Of a stretch of 63,155 nucleotides of DNA, positions 37,474-52,660 are shown piece by piece. Position 1 is the stretch's first letter. Every line of letters begins with the position of its first letter. Source of the stretch: Octopus bimaculoides (taxonomy: Eukaryota); contig NC_069000.1 in the NCBI RefSeq assembly GCF_001194135.2, forward strand, positions 21,593,381-21,656,535. Reading direction: 5' to 3'. The notes under the pieces were generated by a model. That model had not been told where the DNA came from and ran no database searches. It saw nothing but the letters and a program-made list of their open reading frames with translations. The translations under genes and the position numbers were made by a program.

Positions 37474-40400
37474 GTGAGTGTTTAAAAACCTCAACTATTA
37501 GATTCTATTCGTTTCATACTGCGCAGTCATGATATGCTTTTATCTCGTTATCGCTTCATTTGTTCACTAAACAGTCCTACAAGCCATCGCCACGTTTTTC
37601 TTTTAGTTTCTTCCTGTCTTACACTTCGACTTTCTATTATTCCAATAAACTCGTGACTCTCTCTCCTTCTCTCGCTCTCTCTCTGCTAATAACCACGACG
37701 CTTTTTTTTTTACCATCTCTTTTTCAATACATTCTTCTGTATCTTCAAACTATTTGCAAAATTCATGCTTATTTTAGTTGACTAAATGAATGACTTAATT
37801 GTTGCCACTCTAAGTTTTCTGAAAATTAAACAGACATAATTAATCAGTGTTCGAAAACATTATTATTTTGGATTTTAGCGCAACTTCTTACCACTGATTC
37901 AAAGAATCAATCGCAGTTCTTTCTGATTTGAATAGCTTTTCTCTTTCTTTTTTAATTTTCACTCAGATTAGTTATAGCTTTTAATATTTATTTTGATTTT
38001 TATGAATTGTGTATGTGTGTGCGTGCACACACACACACATACATACATATATACATATATATTATATGCATTGTTATTTTCCGCAATATTTCATTGACGA
38101 TGAACCCAGAATCGTTCGGTGTCCAATTTGCTTTCCACACGTGATATTGCGAACCACCTGATCGATCTTGTAATTAGGATTCAGTTAGAGATAACGCTAG
38201 TTGGGTTTTCTTTTACGTTTTACAACTTCACACCTGACTTCGTTTTTCTGTCTACGAGCCAAGATGAGAGCCTCTATGCGGTAACGACCTGTTAGAAACA
38301 TCAGCTAAATTCCCCCAAATCACTGCGTCTTAAAAAAAAAAAAAAAAAAGGGGGATAAATATATCTAGACATAGATATTCTTAAATACGGGTGGTCATGG
38401 TTGAAACAACGAAGGTCTTCTAAATTAAAACTGACCTGGGGGCAAGCCATAATCTACGGAGTCAGTTTTTTCCTGCTAGAAATAGCAGTTAAATTTTAAC
38501 CCACGCCCAACCATCTTAAAGGAAAGACAGTTAATGTAGTTTTAGATAAATGAGATGGCTCGACCAAGTCTGACCTGGGGCTAAATAATTATTACTACTC
38601 GAGCCAATAAAGGAACCTCTGGTCATCCAGTCTGCTAGAAACAGTCACACCCTACAATTTTGGAAAGGAGGGACTCCTGCCAATAACGCGGTCTTAGATG
38701 TATATGCCCGAAAAAAATGGGATGTCACGACTGGAACGCCTCTGATCATAAGTCAGATCGCGCTGGGGCTAGATGACAAGTACAACTACATAGGAATTAT
38801 TGGTTCTGTAATTTCGAGGTAGATTAAAGGAAAAATAAAAAGACCTTTCGCCATTACCCTTTCAAAATATTTCCTAATTCTATGTAATAAAGATGCCGTG
38901 TATTTTTCAGTGGACAGTATTTTTATTACAAATCACCATCCTCATTATTACGTTGCAAAACCGATTATGGAATGCTGTTATTTTAAAATGCATGACTTTC
39001 ACCGAAAAATAACTTGGAACAATTTCAGAAAGCCGGTTCCCATCTTTCCTTCCAACCGCACGTGATTAATAAATAAAACAAAAATTTTTTTTCTGCTTTC
39101 AGTTTCGTTATTGCGCAATAACTGCTAAAAGTTGTATTGAGAAGATTAATTAATTTACAGATTAAACCTAATTTCTTCGGTGAAGACATACCCCCCCCCA
39201 CACACTCACACCTCCCAGCACGCGCACCTTATCAATAATTTATGTCGATTATTTTCTTAGTTCCCACTCGAAATTTTACTCACTGATTCGACCCCTTGAA
39301 CGTTTTGATAGCCATACGTACATCCCGTTTCAATTTGTTCTTATTTCTTTTATAAATTAACTTGCTAAATTACAGTTCTATTATAATGAAGTGAGCTTGT
39401 CTAGTCTTTTCTCCTCTACTCTTCCTGTCATCTTAAACATATCTATCTGCCTGCCAGGTGTGTTCATTTGCAATAAGAATAGCTCGTTTGTCATGATGAT
39501 AATATATATATATATGACATAAATTTTTTTTCTGTATGTATTTGGACGTATATTTATAGCTAAGTCAAAACAAGAAATCGATTTTTATGGCTTAGATAGT
39601 AGAACGTTGGAGTAAATCATGACAATGTTTAGTTCCATTCTGCAAACTCAGTTTCCACAGGTCAAATCTCATGCGAGTTGACTTTTTCTTTTCATCCGTT
39701 AGGGTCTGTTATCTTCGATACATATTGTACAAATATTCTTGTTTGTCAAAAGAAATTCATTTTTAGTTGAATTTCCCCACTCTAAAGAGATAAAGGAACT
39801 GTTAACAATATTCTGAAAATTTACCAGACAGAATTGTTTGAAGTTCGGGGAGAGAGGGAGAGAGAGAAGTTATGAAGTTAATCTCATACAAGAAGAGTTT
39901 AGTCATATCTGTGGGTTTAACTATTTAACAACATCTGTCACAGAACAGGTGTTGCCTGTTATGATTATTAACATCAGGTTGCAATTTTACTTTATGTTTC
40001 TTTGTAGCCACATATACACATATCTGTACATATTTTTGTTTTATATGTATTTTTCTCTTAGCATAATTGGAAGAGATTTGCAAACTTATATGTTCAAACA
40101 TATATGTTTGTATATAACTCTGTGTGTGTGTGTGTGTGTATGAAGAAATGAATAAAACATTTTGAGGTTTGTAGGCTTGAAATGATTTGAAGCATGATAG
40201 CTTGTCTCAAGATGTTATGATAGGCAAAACTTTGTGCAAAAAGATGTGACATTTCCCTGAGTAACTGTAGAAAGAAAGAAGTTTATGTACAAGAGATTAC
40301 TGACCAGAGGTGTATCATGGACAGTGTAGAAATAGTCTTTCTCCAGAGAAACCTGTAGCAGATCTCTTTGAGGCAATTGTAAATGAAACAGTTTTAGATG

Positions 40401-43024
40401 TATTTATTTCTATTTACATATCTGTGCAGTCTATTAGGTCTGTGCATGCTAATGGTAACCATGTCATTAGCCCTTTAGTGACTATATATATATATATAAT
40501 CTAATGAAACACTCTTATGTGTTTTTAATTTTGAAAATAGTCATGAATTGGCAGGGGTGTGTACAAAAATATCTATGTCACTTATTAGTTTATTAAGCTG
40601 ATGTTTGGAATGTAGCTAAAGTTTTTACACATAATTATGATGACAGGTTTTAATTTAATTATGAACATTTTAAAATACTGGTAGAAGCAAGGTGGTTTCA
40701 GGTAGGTTGATGTAAGTGTTCAGCTGACAGAAAGAGTACCAGTCTACATTGCAGGTAGCTTTTTATTTTTTGTTATATGAGAAGAATTAAATTGTGTACT
40801 GCAAGCTAATGAGCTGATTTTTGTTTTTACAATGTTGCTGCTGTTTACATCACTCTGTTGAGGGTTAAGTGTATTAACCACTTGTACTTCAATGACTGAA
40901 TATCAACAAACTGTTGGCTTGTTGTTTGTTTGTCTATCTTCTACTCTATCATGTTTTTGATTGAGATCACAAAGACTTGGAAAGTTGTGATAAGCTTTTA
41001 ATCAACTGGTACCAGTCATCAAGAACCACAAACAGTTGTCTGATTAGTATATGAGTGAAACAGCTTTGTCTAATATATATAGAAAGGTGGGTAATCCATG
41101 TACATAGTAAGTGCACAAGAGATGCAGTGTGGTCTCTAGTAAACTGATTTTAAAACAGACCTTTTGATGCACAGATGCATCAGAGTAGCTAATAACATAA
41201 CAACAGAGCAGTTCTATTTGCAGGAAAAGATAGGAAGTAAGTTCTGTTATGTTAGGTGATATAATTGTTGTTGTACTTCTTAGTGAGAGCAAGAGAATAA
41301 TATTTGATTATTTAACCCCTAAAACAAATAAATGGAAATAAAACATTTTATTTTCTTAGTCAGAACCAGGATGTATTTCCCATTAATCATTGTTATATCC
41401 ACTGATATTTGAAAGATATGTTGCTTTCTACAGAAGTGTATATGTATTTTCTATGCTATTTAATTTTACTTGTGACTTATATTTTTGTATAACCAGCATT
41501 GTTAATGCATCTTATTCTTATTTAAATATATTACTGATTTCGTTTCTCATATACCCATGACATAGTCAGGTAATTTGCTAGTAAAGTAAAATTTGACAAA
41601 ATAATAGAAAATATTAAAAAAAAATATTTTGCTTGGTTATCATTTATAAAAAAGGTAAACAAAAGGAAAATTGGTGTCTTAGTTTCAGTATTTTCTAAAC
41701 TACCAGAGCAGACATCAAGCAAGAAATGAAACTGGATAAACAGAGATACGTCTTTGCTTTGTATTTGGATCTGTCAAATAAGTGTGGAGGTAACAGCAGG
41801 AGTATACCATAAATTCAAGGAATTAATGATATCATAATTACTGTAGGGCTCAAAAGAAGTGGAAGAAGTTTTGAGAACTGTTACGCCTGCTTGACTTAGA
41901 AGTGTTTATCTACCTGAATAGCAGATTGTATAATTATAGTCATTTTTAAGTTGGGCACAATACTATATGTTCTTAGAGAAGGAACAATTGATTAAATCAA
42001 TTCAGAATATTACTAGTACTCTATGGATCCTGGCAAAATTTAAACTTGGAATGGAAAAGATTGTAACTAAATATTGCCCCTCTACCAATTCTGCCATTTG
42101 CTGTCCTAATAATAGCAAATAAAATAATGTTTTCTATGACAGGTATCTGACCAGTTTTTGAATGAGAGTCTTGTCTAGTCAATTATATCGGTGCCATTAC
42201 TTGACTGGTACTTAATTGTGTCACTCCTTCCATCCCACACACACTCCCCAGGTGATTGAAAGGTAAAGTTGATTCCAGTGGTATTTGAATTCAGCAGAAT
42301 ATATCAATAAGTTTGATACTGTATAGTAGTACATGTCGAAAACATTTAAGAATTAGACAACAAGATGTTGAGAATGTTGTTCTGTTGATACAGTTAAGAA
42401 AGCGATGGTTAGGTGAAGACAATGAATTGAAGCAGCAACTGGATGTACAAGAAAATCAGTGACAAATATATGAGTAAGGGTGATTAGTGTTGTTTGTTTT
42501 AACTTCTGGCCAACTCTGATTGAACAGACGTTCCAGTTGTGACCACCACATCATTTTAAGGTTACATCAAAGACTATCTTATCAAATGTGATCCTCTTTT
42601 TGCTTTAAGATGGATAGGTATGAATTGCAAGAGACTTGGCTGCTGTTTCTAACTAACTGAGCAATTCCGCAGACTCCATAGTTGATTCAGACATAATGAG
42701 ATTGGGTTAGTGGTAGGGTATATGGTTGGTGGAAACTGATTTGATATTGGTGTAAGTTACTGTAGTAGAGCGATGTTGCTGTTTTTTTAGTCCCAGTTGG
42801 CACTGGTCTAGCAGAACTTATGATTAACATGTTCACCCCTTGATCTTTTTAAAGTTGGAATGTGATTAGGACTAAATTTTCTAATGTTTGCTAACCTTTT
42901 AATTGCATAGACTATAATTTTATAAAGACTTGACTGCTATTTGTTGGAAGTTGGATACTGCGTAAAAGCTTACGCACTATACTGATGTAATTATGTGTCT
43001 GTGTACACACACGCACACACATAT

Positions 43025-43065
<41 letters not shown>

Positions 43066-43200
43066 AACACACACAAACATACATATACATGCATATATTT
43101 ATATATAGATACATGCACTCATGCATATATATATACATAGAGAGAGAGAAAGACACACACACATACAGTATACAAACACATGATTATTTTACATATACTT

Positions 43201-43256
<56 letters not shown>

Positions 43257-43273
43257 TACAAACACCAGTCTGA

Positions 43274-43319
<46 letters not shown>

Positions 43320-43896
43320 TTGGAAAGAGATAGAGAATTAAGAAGCATCATGGTGAATTCTATGCATTATCTTGATTCTCATGTTAAAACTGTTCGTTAT
43401 GAGATCCCGTGACTTCAGTCGTCTTCAGACAATTGAACAAAATTCCGTCAAATCTGTTAAAATCATACCGGCTCTCTCTTACATCTGCACACACACTTAT
43501 GTAAAGCTTGTCTGTATTATACACATTTAGTGTTCTATTGCTGCTTTGATAAGAATGCACACAATTGTGTAGATGTTGGTTTACCTTGATTACAAAAGCT
43601 CTTTGCAATATTATATAATAAAGCTGCTGCTTCAGCCGGTCAAGTCTGCGGTTTCGTTGTTGTTATAATAGTTATTAGAAATATTTACTTGAGTGTCAAT
43701 TAATATGAGAATTAATATGGAAGTTCATTGATTTATTGATTTAGATTTCCACTGTTCTGAGGTACGTTTTTTTTTCTATTCTACTGCCCATTTTCACACT
43801 TAACTTTTCTACCTTAAATAGCATTTTGTCTAGAAAGTCTGTTGCTTGTCTTTTGTTCAGTATTTGTTTATAAGAACATTTCTAAGGATGAGTAAA

Positions 43897-43899
<3 letters not shown>

Positions 43900-43927
<28 letters not shown>

Positions 43928-44531
43928 CACGTGTCGGTGTGCAACTGTACATCTGCATGTATACTATATGTATGTAGGTATATGCTTGTATGTGTTTGTA
44001 CATGTGTGTATGTCCATGTGTGTGTGTGTGTATGTATGTACATGCATGTGTGTGTATGCATGCGTGTGTGTGTGTATGTATGGATGTGTGCGTGTATGTA
44101 AATTATGTATGTGTATACATGTATGTATATGTATTTACATAATTGTGTATGTACATGCATGAGAGTATATATTTACCTCCAGGTATGTATGCATACATAT
44201 ACCTGGATCTGTGTCTGTATACATGTAGATACATGTATTGATACATGTAACTATATGTATATGTGCATATGTATGGCTGTGCATATGTGTATGTACATAA
44301 CTCTGTACATATGTGTGTATACATAACGCTCTGAATATGTGTATATACATAACTCTGTACATATGTGTATATATATAACTCTGTGCATATGTGTGTATAC
44401 ATATCGCTGTGCATATGTGCGTATTCATATCTCTGTGCATATGTGTGTATACATATCTCTGTGCATATGTGTGTATATATATATATAGATTTCTGTGCAT
44501 ATGTGTATATATAGAGATCTCTGTGCATGTG

Positions 44532-44560
<29 letters not shown>
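43900..44560. repeat. Degenerate (TG)/(TA) microsatellite grading into a roughly 28-30-bp minisatellite
   Basis: Recurring unit ctctgtgcatatgtgtgtatacatat from about 44300 to 44540. Confidence 0.85.
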
Positions 44561-44563
<3 letters not shown>

Positions 44564-44704
44564 AACCTACACGACTAGGTGAAAAGCGCTTCATTTAATA
44601 TGTGACATTAATAAAAATCTGTAAATGTACAAACATCCAGGTTTCTGAGTACCTTTATTAAAAATTTTTTTCTATATAATTTCTGTACATCACTTCCAAA
44701 CCTT

Positions 44705-44749
<45 letters not shown>

Positions 44750-46209
44750 GTGCACACACACACACACACATACACACACATATATATATACACACATACA
44801 TTTGGTGTTAGAAAGGGCATCCAGCTGTAGAAACTTTGCCAGATCAGTTTGGAACCAGGTGTAGTCTTCTGGCTCGCCAGTCCTCAAACTGTCCAACCCA
44901 TGCCAGCATGGAAAGCGGATGTTAGAGGACGATGATGATGATGACATTCATATATATTTAAATGAATGTGTATGTCATCATCATAATCATCATCCTTGTC
45001 GTTTAGTGTCTGCTTTCTATGCTGGCATAGGTTGGCAAGCTGGGAGGTTTCACCACGAACCAATCTGATTTGGCAAGGTTTCTACAGGTGAATGCCCTAC
45101 CTAACACCAACCACAGCGAGAGTGTAGTGTGTACTTCTTCAGTACCACCATCAAAGAAGCCAGTCAGGTGGCACTGGCATCAGCAACACATCAGCTAGCA
45201 CAGGTACTAGGCAGGCAGCACTGGCTTCGGTCATGCTCAAACGATGCTTATACATGCTACTGCCAACGTGTGAAGTCATGTGGTTCTGTCATCAGTGACG
45301 CTCCAATATTGGTTTTTATTTTCCGTCAGCATGGGTGCCAGTCAGGTGGCACTGGCATCAGACACATGCAGAGGGGTTTTTTAACGTGCCACCAGCAAAG
45401 GTGTGTGTCAGGAGGCACCAGCATCAGCCACAGCTACAATTTCACTACATATATATATATATGTGTGTGTGTGTGTATGTGTGTGTACATATATGTACAA
45501 ATATATATACATATGTACATACATATACATATGTATATACATATATATATGTATATACATATATATATGTATNNNNNNNNNNNNNNNNNNNNNNNNNNNN
45601 NNNNNNNNNNNNNNNNNNNNNNNNNNNNNNNNNNNNNNNNNNNNNNNNNNNNNNNNNNNNNNNNNNNNNNNNTATATATATATATATATGTATATACATA
45701 CATACATATACATATATATACATATATATATAGACGTACATATACATATATATATATATGCTGAGACTCCCTTTGATCATGACTGACCATGCGATTGCAC
45801 CCAAAAAGTTACCCTCCCAGGCAAAAGTCTGGGTAAGGTTGTTTATGGAAGACCAGCAGTCACCCATGCACGCTAGCCTCCCCTGTCCATGCCATCAGTG
45901 TTATCCAAGGGAAAGGCAAAGGCCGATATAGCTTGGCACCTGTGACGTCGCAACTCATTTCTACAGCTGAGTGAATTGGAGCAACATGAAATAAAGCGTC
46001 TTGCTCAAGAACACAACATGCAGCCTGGTCCAGGGTTCGAACTCACAACCTCATGATTATAAGCTCGATGCTCTAACCACTGAGCCATGCGCCTTCACAT
46101 AAACATACATACATATATATATATGCATATATACATACATATATGCACATACATTTACACGCGTATATATATATGCATATATACATACATATATGCACAT
46201 ACATTTACA

Positions 46210-46253
<44 letters not shown>

Positions 46254-46399
46254 NNNNNNNNNNTGGTGTAGCCATCTGGTTTCACCAGTACTCAATCAAA
46301 TCGTCCAACCCATGCTAGCATGGAAAGCGGACGTTAAACGAAGATGATGATGATGATGATATATATACACTTAGAGAATCATCTCGATGCAACATGTCA

Positions 46400-46810
46400 G
46401 CTACTAGGAAAGAGTTAAAGAATTAAAACTCTTCTCCCGGGAACAAAGGCGGGAGATATACGCATTGATATACATCTGGAAAATCCTAGAAGGACTTGTA
46501 CCAATCTTTGGCATTGAAAGTTACGCAAATTGCAGAACGGGGTGCCACTGAATAGTGCCAAAGGTCCTAGCATCGCCATCAAGATACAGGACAATATACT
46601 GCAACAGCTTGAGCTTCAAGGGCCCACAGCTCTTTAATATCCTTCCAAAATGCCTGAGAGACCAGCATGGCGTGGATGTAAGTGTCTTTAAAACAAAACT
46701 AGATCTCTTCCTGTTACGGGTTCCAGACAAGCCTACCGCACGGCAGGAAACACGGATGAGGGCAGCAACATCAAACTCCCTCATTGACCAAATGCCACAT
46801 ATCAGAAGAG
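46400..46810 (+). mobile_element. 3' fragment of a CR1/L2-group LINE ORF2
   Basis: ELKLFS.EQRREIYALIYIWKILEGLVP, followed after a frame break by YRTIYCNSLSFKGPQLFNILPKCLRD...FKTKLDLFLLRVPDKP. Confidence 0.75.
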
Positions 46811-46933
46811 GATCCATATAATGGTGTAGCTGAATCAACAGTGGTGCTCCAGCATGACCGCAGCTTTGTAGTTGTAACATTTTTAAATTGTTAAAGTAGA
46901 TACATATATACATATATTTACATATACATACAT

Positions 46934-46974
<41 letters not shown>

Positions 46975-47213
46975 CATAATATATATACACAGACATACAT
47001 ACACATATATACACACATATACGTATACATATATACATATATATGTATATATATATATATATATACACAAATATATATACATATATATAAATATATATAC
47101 ATACATATGTATATATGTACCTATAAGCATATACATACATATATATGTACAAATACATATATATATACATACATGCATCATCATCATCTATATATCTATA
47201 AAACTCAAAATGA

Positions 47214-47247
<34 letters not shown>

Positions 47248-48401
47248 NNNNNNNNNNNNNNNNNNNNNNNNNNNNNNNNNNNNNNNNNNNNNNNNNNNNN
47301 NNNNNNNNNNNNNNNNNNNNNNNNNNNNNNNNNNNNNNNNNNNNNNNNNNNNNNNNNNNNNNNNNNNNNNNNNNNNNNNNNNNNNNNNNNNNNNNNNNNN
47401 NNNNNNNNNNNNNNNNNNNNNNNNNNNNNNNNNNNNNNNNNNNNNNNNNNNNNNNNNNNNNNNNNNNNNNNNNNNNNNNNNNNNNNNNNNNNNNNNNNNN
47501 NNNNNNNNNNNNNNNNNNNNNNNNNNNNNNNNNNNNNNNNNNNNNNNNNNNNNNNNNNNNNNNNNNNNNNNNNNNNNNNNNNNNNNNNNNNNNNNNNNNN
47601 NNNNNNNNNNNNNNNNNNNNNNNNNNNNNNNNNNNNNNNNNNNNNNNNNNNNNNNNNNNNNNNNNNNNNNNNNNNNNNNNNNNNNNNNNNNNNNNNNNNN
47701 NNNNNNNNNNNNNNNNNNNNNNNNNNNNNNNNNNNNNNNNNNNNNNNNNNNNNNNNNNNNNNNNNNNNNNNNNNNNNNNNNNNNNNNNNNNNNNNNNNNN
47801 NNNNNNNNNNNNNNNNNNNNNNNNNNNNNNNNNNNNNNNNNNNNNNNNNNNNNNNNNNNNNNNNNNNNNNNNNNNNNNNNNNNNNNNNNNNNNNNNNNNN
47901 NNNNNNNNNNNNNNNNNNNNNNNNNNNNNNNNNNNNNNNNNNNNNNNNNNNNNNNNNNNNNNTATTTTGGCACTGGCTTGAAGCCTCTGATTCCCAAGAA
48001 AATTGCAAAAATCTTTGGGAAAACATCGATTTTTCGCATTTCTGCAAAGAAAACTTTTTACTGGAAAGTCCAATTTCCTTGGATTTTATAATTAAGAAAA
48101 CCACCATGTAACAGTGGTTCTATCAAGTATCTGTTCCATTTCCAAAGGCATCCGTGTGACAAAAAACTGCGAAAAACTGAAAAAAATTGATTTTTATACA
48201 CTTTTTTCCCTTTTAAATCTTCAAAAACTTCTCACTTCTTTGGTGGATTGCTTTCAAACTGGACACATTATTTACTCATCCTAAGGACAACATTAGGAGA
48301 CTCCAATTTGCACAGAATTCATCTGCGTATGACCAACAATTGCGAAAAACTGAGTAGAAAATCGTTTTTTTTTTCACCCTTAAATCCTTCATTTTTGACC
48401 G

Positions 48402-48731
48402 AACATGAGGGCCCAGCTTTTCAGCAACAGCTTATTGGGTGACTTCTCCAAGCAACTTCTCACCATTGGTGATGGCACAGCTCCGATGCAGCTAGAGATG
48501 ACTGCCTAACATGTAGGCACACCTGTAGACACTGTAGACAACCTTATGACCGCTGTTTTTCCTGATCTGCACATAAACTACCAAAACCTGAATTGGCTGC
48601 GCGAAAGAGCCATATTAGCTCCCAAAAACACATTTGTTACGAAACTCAATGAAGACCTATTGCAAAGCCTTCCTGGAAACCTTCACACCTACAAGTCTGT
48701 GGACACTGTTGTGGACCAAGAAAAAATATAG
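48402..48731 (+). mobile_element. Helitron RepHel Pif1-helicase fragment
   Basis: NMRAQL...DFSKQLLTIGDG followed by WLRERAILAPKNTFVTKLNEDLLQSLPGNLHTYKSVDTV, characteristic of the Helitron Pif1 helicase C-terminal half. Disrupted. Confidence 0.8.
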
Positions 48732-49090
48732 GAGAATTTGTTTTTGAAAATTCATCTGAATTTGAAAATATTGTCACTCTTTCTAAATAAATTCATTTAC
48801 ATACATACCTAACTATTTTCAACAATCTTTTGTTAATCAATGGTATAAATGTTTTTCAAACAATGGGATTTTAAAAATTTTAAATTGTGAAGTAGAAAAC
48901 ATGTTTAAATGATAAAATGTTTACAAAATTCAAGCCCTGGTCACAAAATTTTCCAAGCCCTGTACACATCGGAAAAAACAATCACACACAAACTGTAAGA
49001 AAAAACACCCTGTTTTTTTANNNNNNNNNNNNNNNNNNNNNNNNNNNNNNNNNNNNNNNNNNNNNNNNNNNNNNNNNNNNNNNNNNNNNN

Positions 49091-49157
<67 letters not shown>

Positions 49158-49445
49158 CATATAAACATATATCATCATCGTCATTTAATGTCTGTGTCCA
49201 TGCTGGCGTGGGTTAGATGGTTTGACTTAAGGTGAGGAGCTGCACAAACACACACACACAATTATATAAATAATATGCATACACACTTGTACACATCTAT
49301 ATATATATATATATATATACATGTATATATACATGTACACAATATACATTCATAAATACACACAGAAACATACCTAACAATTTGCCAGGCATCTGATTAC
49401 CTACCAATCAGGTGAACACACAAGCCAGATATATTTTGTACTTAC

Positions 49446-49556
49446 CTTGAAATGACATATGCTACTGGTCTCTAATATTAAGACAATTTCATGATGAAAA
49501 ATGAACCACTCTACACATTTATGTGATCAGAAACCTCAAAATCAGAGCTAAATTGA
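49446..49556 (-). other. Candidate exon of an unidentified minus-strand gene (5' UTR plus possible start, MSFQ)
   Basis: On the minus strand: acceptor ttattttgtgtcttgtag| and donor CAAG|gtaagt. The exon is 111 nt with stops in all through-frames, but ends with ATG TCA TTT CAA G. Confidence 0.4.
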
Positions 49557-49843
49557 CTACAAGACACAAAATAACCTTAAGCTGGACAGCAGTTTTAATA
49601 AGTACAAAATAAATAGCCAAGAAAAATAAGTACTAATATTCAGAAAACTGCCCTGAGGGCAGTTTTCTACAAGAATTTGTCATGTTTGCATTTCTACCAA
49701 TATACACACACAACCTTTTCTTTATTTTTGCAAATATCAAATGATATCTGCAAAGCAATTTTGATATGTTAGATATAGTGTAAACATTTTCTGAAATATT
49801 CTCAAAGTATCTCAAAGAAAATCTTTGAAATCACTTGTTTTGA

Positions 49844-49874
<31 letters not shown>

Positions 49875-50271
49875 TGTATAGAGAGAGAGAGAGATAGAAC
49901 AGAGTGAAAGTGACAACTGTGCTGGGAAATAAAGAATTAAGTGAAATGACAAGGCAAAGGTTACGAATGAAGTTTGTGAGACAGAGAAGAGACAAAAACT
50001 GAAGGGTGAAATGCAGCAAAAAAAAAAGAAGAGAAAAAGAACACAAAGTCAGTTTAAACAAAGACTATAATTCAAGGGTTTCATTTTGCAAAGGACTATG
50101 GTTAACACAACTGTCCACAATGAAATAATACTTCTATGTAATTTTGATACATTAAATATAAAAATTTCCACAGATATTCTTAAAGTATCTTAAAGAAAAG
50201 CTTTTCTTTTAATGGAAACAATTGAAGAGGAGGGGGGCATATTGTTACAATATTTTAATGAAAACCATTAA

Positions 50272-50415
<144 letters not shown>

Positions 50416-50599
50416 GTTTGTTGCAGTGAATAAAAATTAGCTTTGTGATTGAGAAGCGTGCTTGAATCTTCAATAAAAGAATTTAGAAAATCTCATTTTG
50501 ATCAAAAATATACATTAAAATTGGAATTTATAAGAATATTTTTAGACATGGTAGGCTTACATAGTTTCAACTAATAAATAAGCAGCTTTCTTTATTATA

Positions 50600-51250
50600 G
50601 TATAGACATATAAGCAGCAACTTAGTGTTTCTGGGAAACCACTTTCAGCAAACCGATGGAGCAATCTTCCAGCCAGACAGAAGGTGACATAGTGGATTGG
50701 TACAAAAGATAGAGTTCTGAAAGCTAATTAGCAGATATGGATAGATTTGGGGAAACAGAGAAGCAAGAAAACCTAAATATCAGATATACATAGTTAGGAG
50801 AAAAGATGAAAGCAAGAGGCTTCCAAATATTTTGCAATAACAGAAACCAAAGCATGTGTTGCTCCAAACTGCAAAACAATGCATTAGACTCAAGACATAA
50901 GGCAAAAATATGCATGGAATTTTATGTTTGCGTTCCATTCACTAAAATTCAAGAAAAAAGAGGCATAGAAATGTTACTAGAGGTTGCTGAATGAGTATGT
51001 GAAGGAGAGAGAAGTTCTGCTTGAAGTAGCCGCAAGAGAGAGAACATCTGTAGGATCGGAAACATAAACATATGAATCTAGGGAAAGTGGCTGTAGAATT
51101 AGGGACACTCACATGCTACAAATATTTGAAGAAGGTTGCATGCTGTCATGCACATAGTCAAGTATAACAGGGAGGTGTTACAGCCACTGTCTTCATCAAC
51201 TGCTAGAAGATAGGAGATACTTGAGTAAGAACTAGAGAGGCATCAAACCA
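50600..51250 (+). mobile_element. Possible heavily decayed restriction-like-endonuclease LINE (R4/Dong-like) C-terminus
   Basis: Fragments VCVPFTKIQEKR, AVELGTL and TAR..ILE occur in the order expected for that domain. Similarity is weak and judged by eye. Confidence 0.3.
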
Positions 51251-51529
51251 ATGGACTGAGTAATTGAAAAAGCTATAGCACGAGTGATAAGAAAAAGAAT
51301 TAGCACATAAACCAGCCAAACTTGGCCTAAATATTCAACTAATTTTATATTCAAAAAAGACAGATCCAGCCTATCATTCTTCCCTACAATGTCATTCTAA
51401 AAATAAACTATCACATCATTGAAATCTCGAAGCTATGAGACAAATACTTGATTAATTCAAAACAGTGTGAATAAATAAGCATTACATTTCACAAAATAAT
51501 TTGAATGCTAAAGGGTTAAATGAGGTGCC

Positions 51530-52660
51530 ATTCAGATTTGTATCCAAGTGGGATGTCCCTCTTCCTAGTGAGATAACTTCATTAGTTCTTGGCTAAAATA
51601 AAGCCACTATTCCTGGTATTTGTCAACCTAGTAAGCCTTTGACAAGATGCCTTACTCTCTCAACTAAGAAATCTAGAAACAAATGGCTTGTGAGTGGTAT
51701 GGAAACCTTGTACAGAGACCTTATCAGCCAGGTAAAAGTTAGTAACAAGATTAGCATAAAATTGAGTATGGAAGTAGATGTCCACCAGGGCTCAGTTGCC
51801 CATCATTTATTACAGAACAAAGTCGTTTACATCCAGTTGTCTATGGAATTTCATGTAAGCTAATAAGAAATATAGAAGAAATTCTAAACATGCAAGTAAA
51901 CCCTCAAATCATGAGGCCTAACTATATATTTTGAAGATAGAATTTCTAGCAAACTGGGGAATAGGACTCCACTGCCATCAAGGAGATTGCTATGCCCCAA
52001 TATTTTGAAAAAAAGTAAAGAACTCTGAACTGCATGGCACATGCAAAATATTGGTACACAATAGATGACATGACGTCACAGACAGGCCAGCAGATTAGAA
52101 AGATCTCAGAGGAAGCAGACGCAAATGAGTTGTTAGACATAAGAGAAGTCATGAAATGAATTCTTTCAAATATTCATACAGTGAAAGTGATTGTTCAAAA
52201 ATATAGGGGTAAAGTTCTGAAAGCCATAGTTTCTGCTGGCAACAAGATGGTTCACTCTCTGAGGGAAAAGCAGAGTCCAAAGTGTGATGTTACTTGCAAA
52301 ACATGGGCATTGAATGTGAAAGATATATTAAAGCAAGAAAGAAGTGATACAAAACATGCTCCACTGGAGATGTAATGTTAGTGTACACAAACACAAATGA
52401 ACTGGAAGAAAAATTGTGTATAAAAAGAATACGATGGCATGCAAGAAAGAAAATGCACTGGCACAGGCATGTAGAATACATATAAAGGATGACATTTGAG
52501 TAAAGAAGTGCTGAGTAATCCAAGTAGAAGGAACTGGTGAAGGAAAAAGACCAAGGAAGGCACAGGAACAAGCAGTGAAATCTAATCACAAAAAGCTGAA
52601 CCTCTTGAGAAAGAATATAAAAGACCACAAAAATATAGCAAGTTACTTGTATTAGAAAAG
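51530..52660 (+). mobile_element. Decayed RTE-clade LINE
   Basis: EVDVHQGSV (RT motif VGVHQGS) and C-terminal segments similar to the 10030-11760 copy. Confidence 0.7.

Noticed and set aside
44610-44659. Convergent AATAAA signals on opposite strands
   Set aside because: AATAAA is very frequent in this AT-rich DNA, and no adjacent terminal exon was found.
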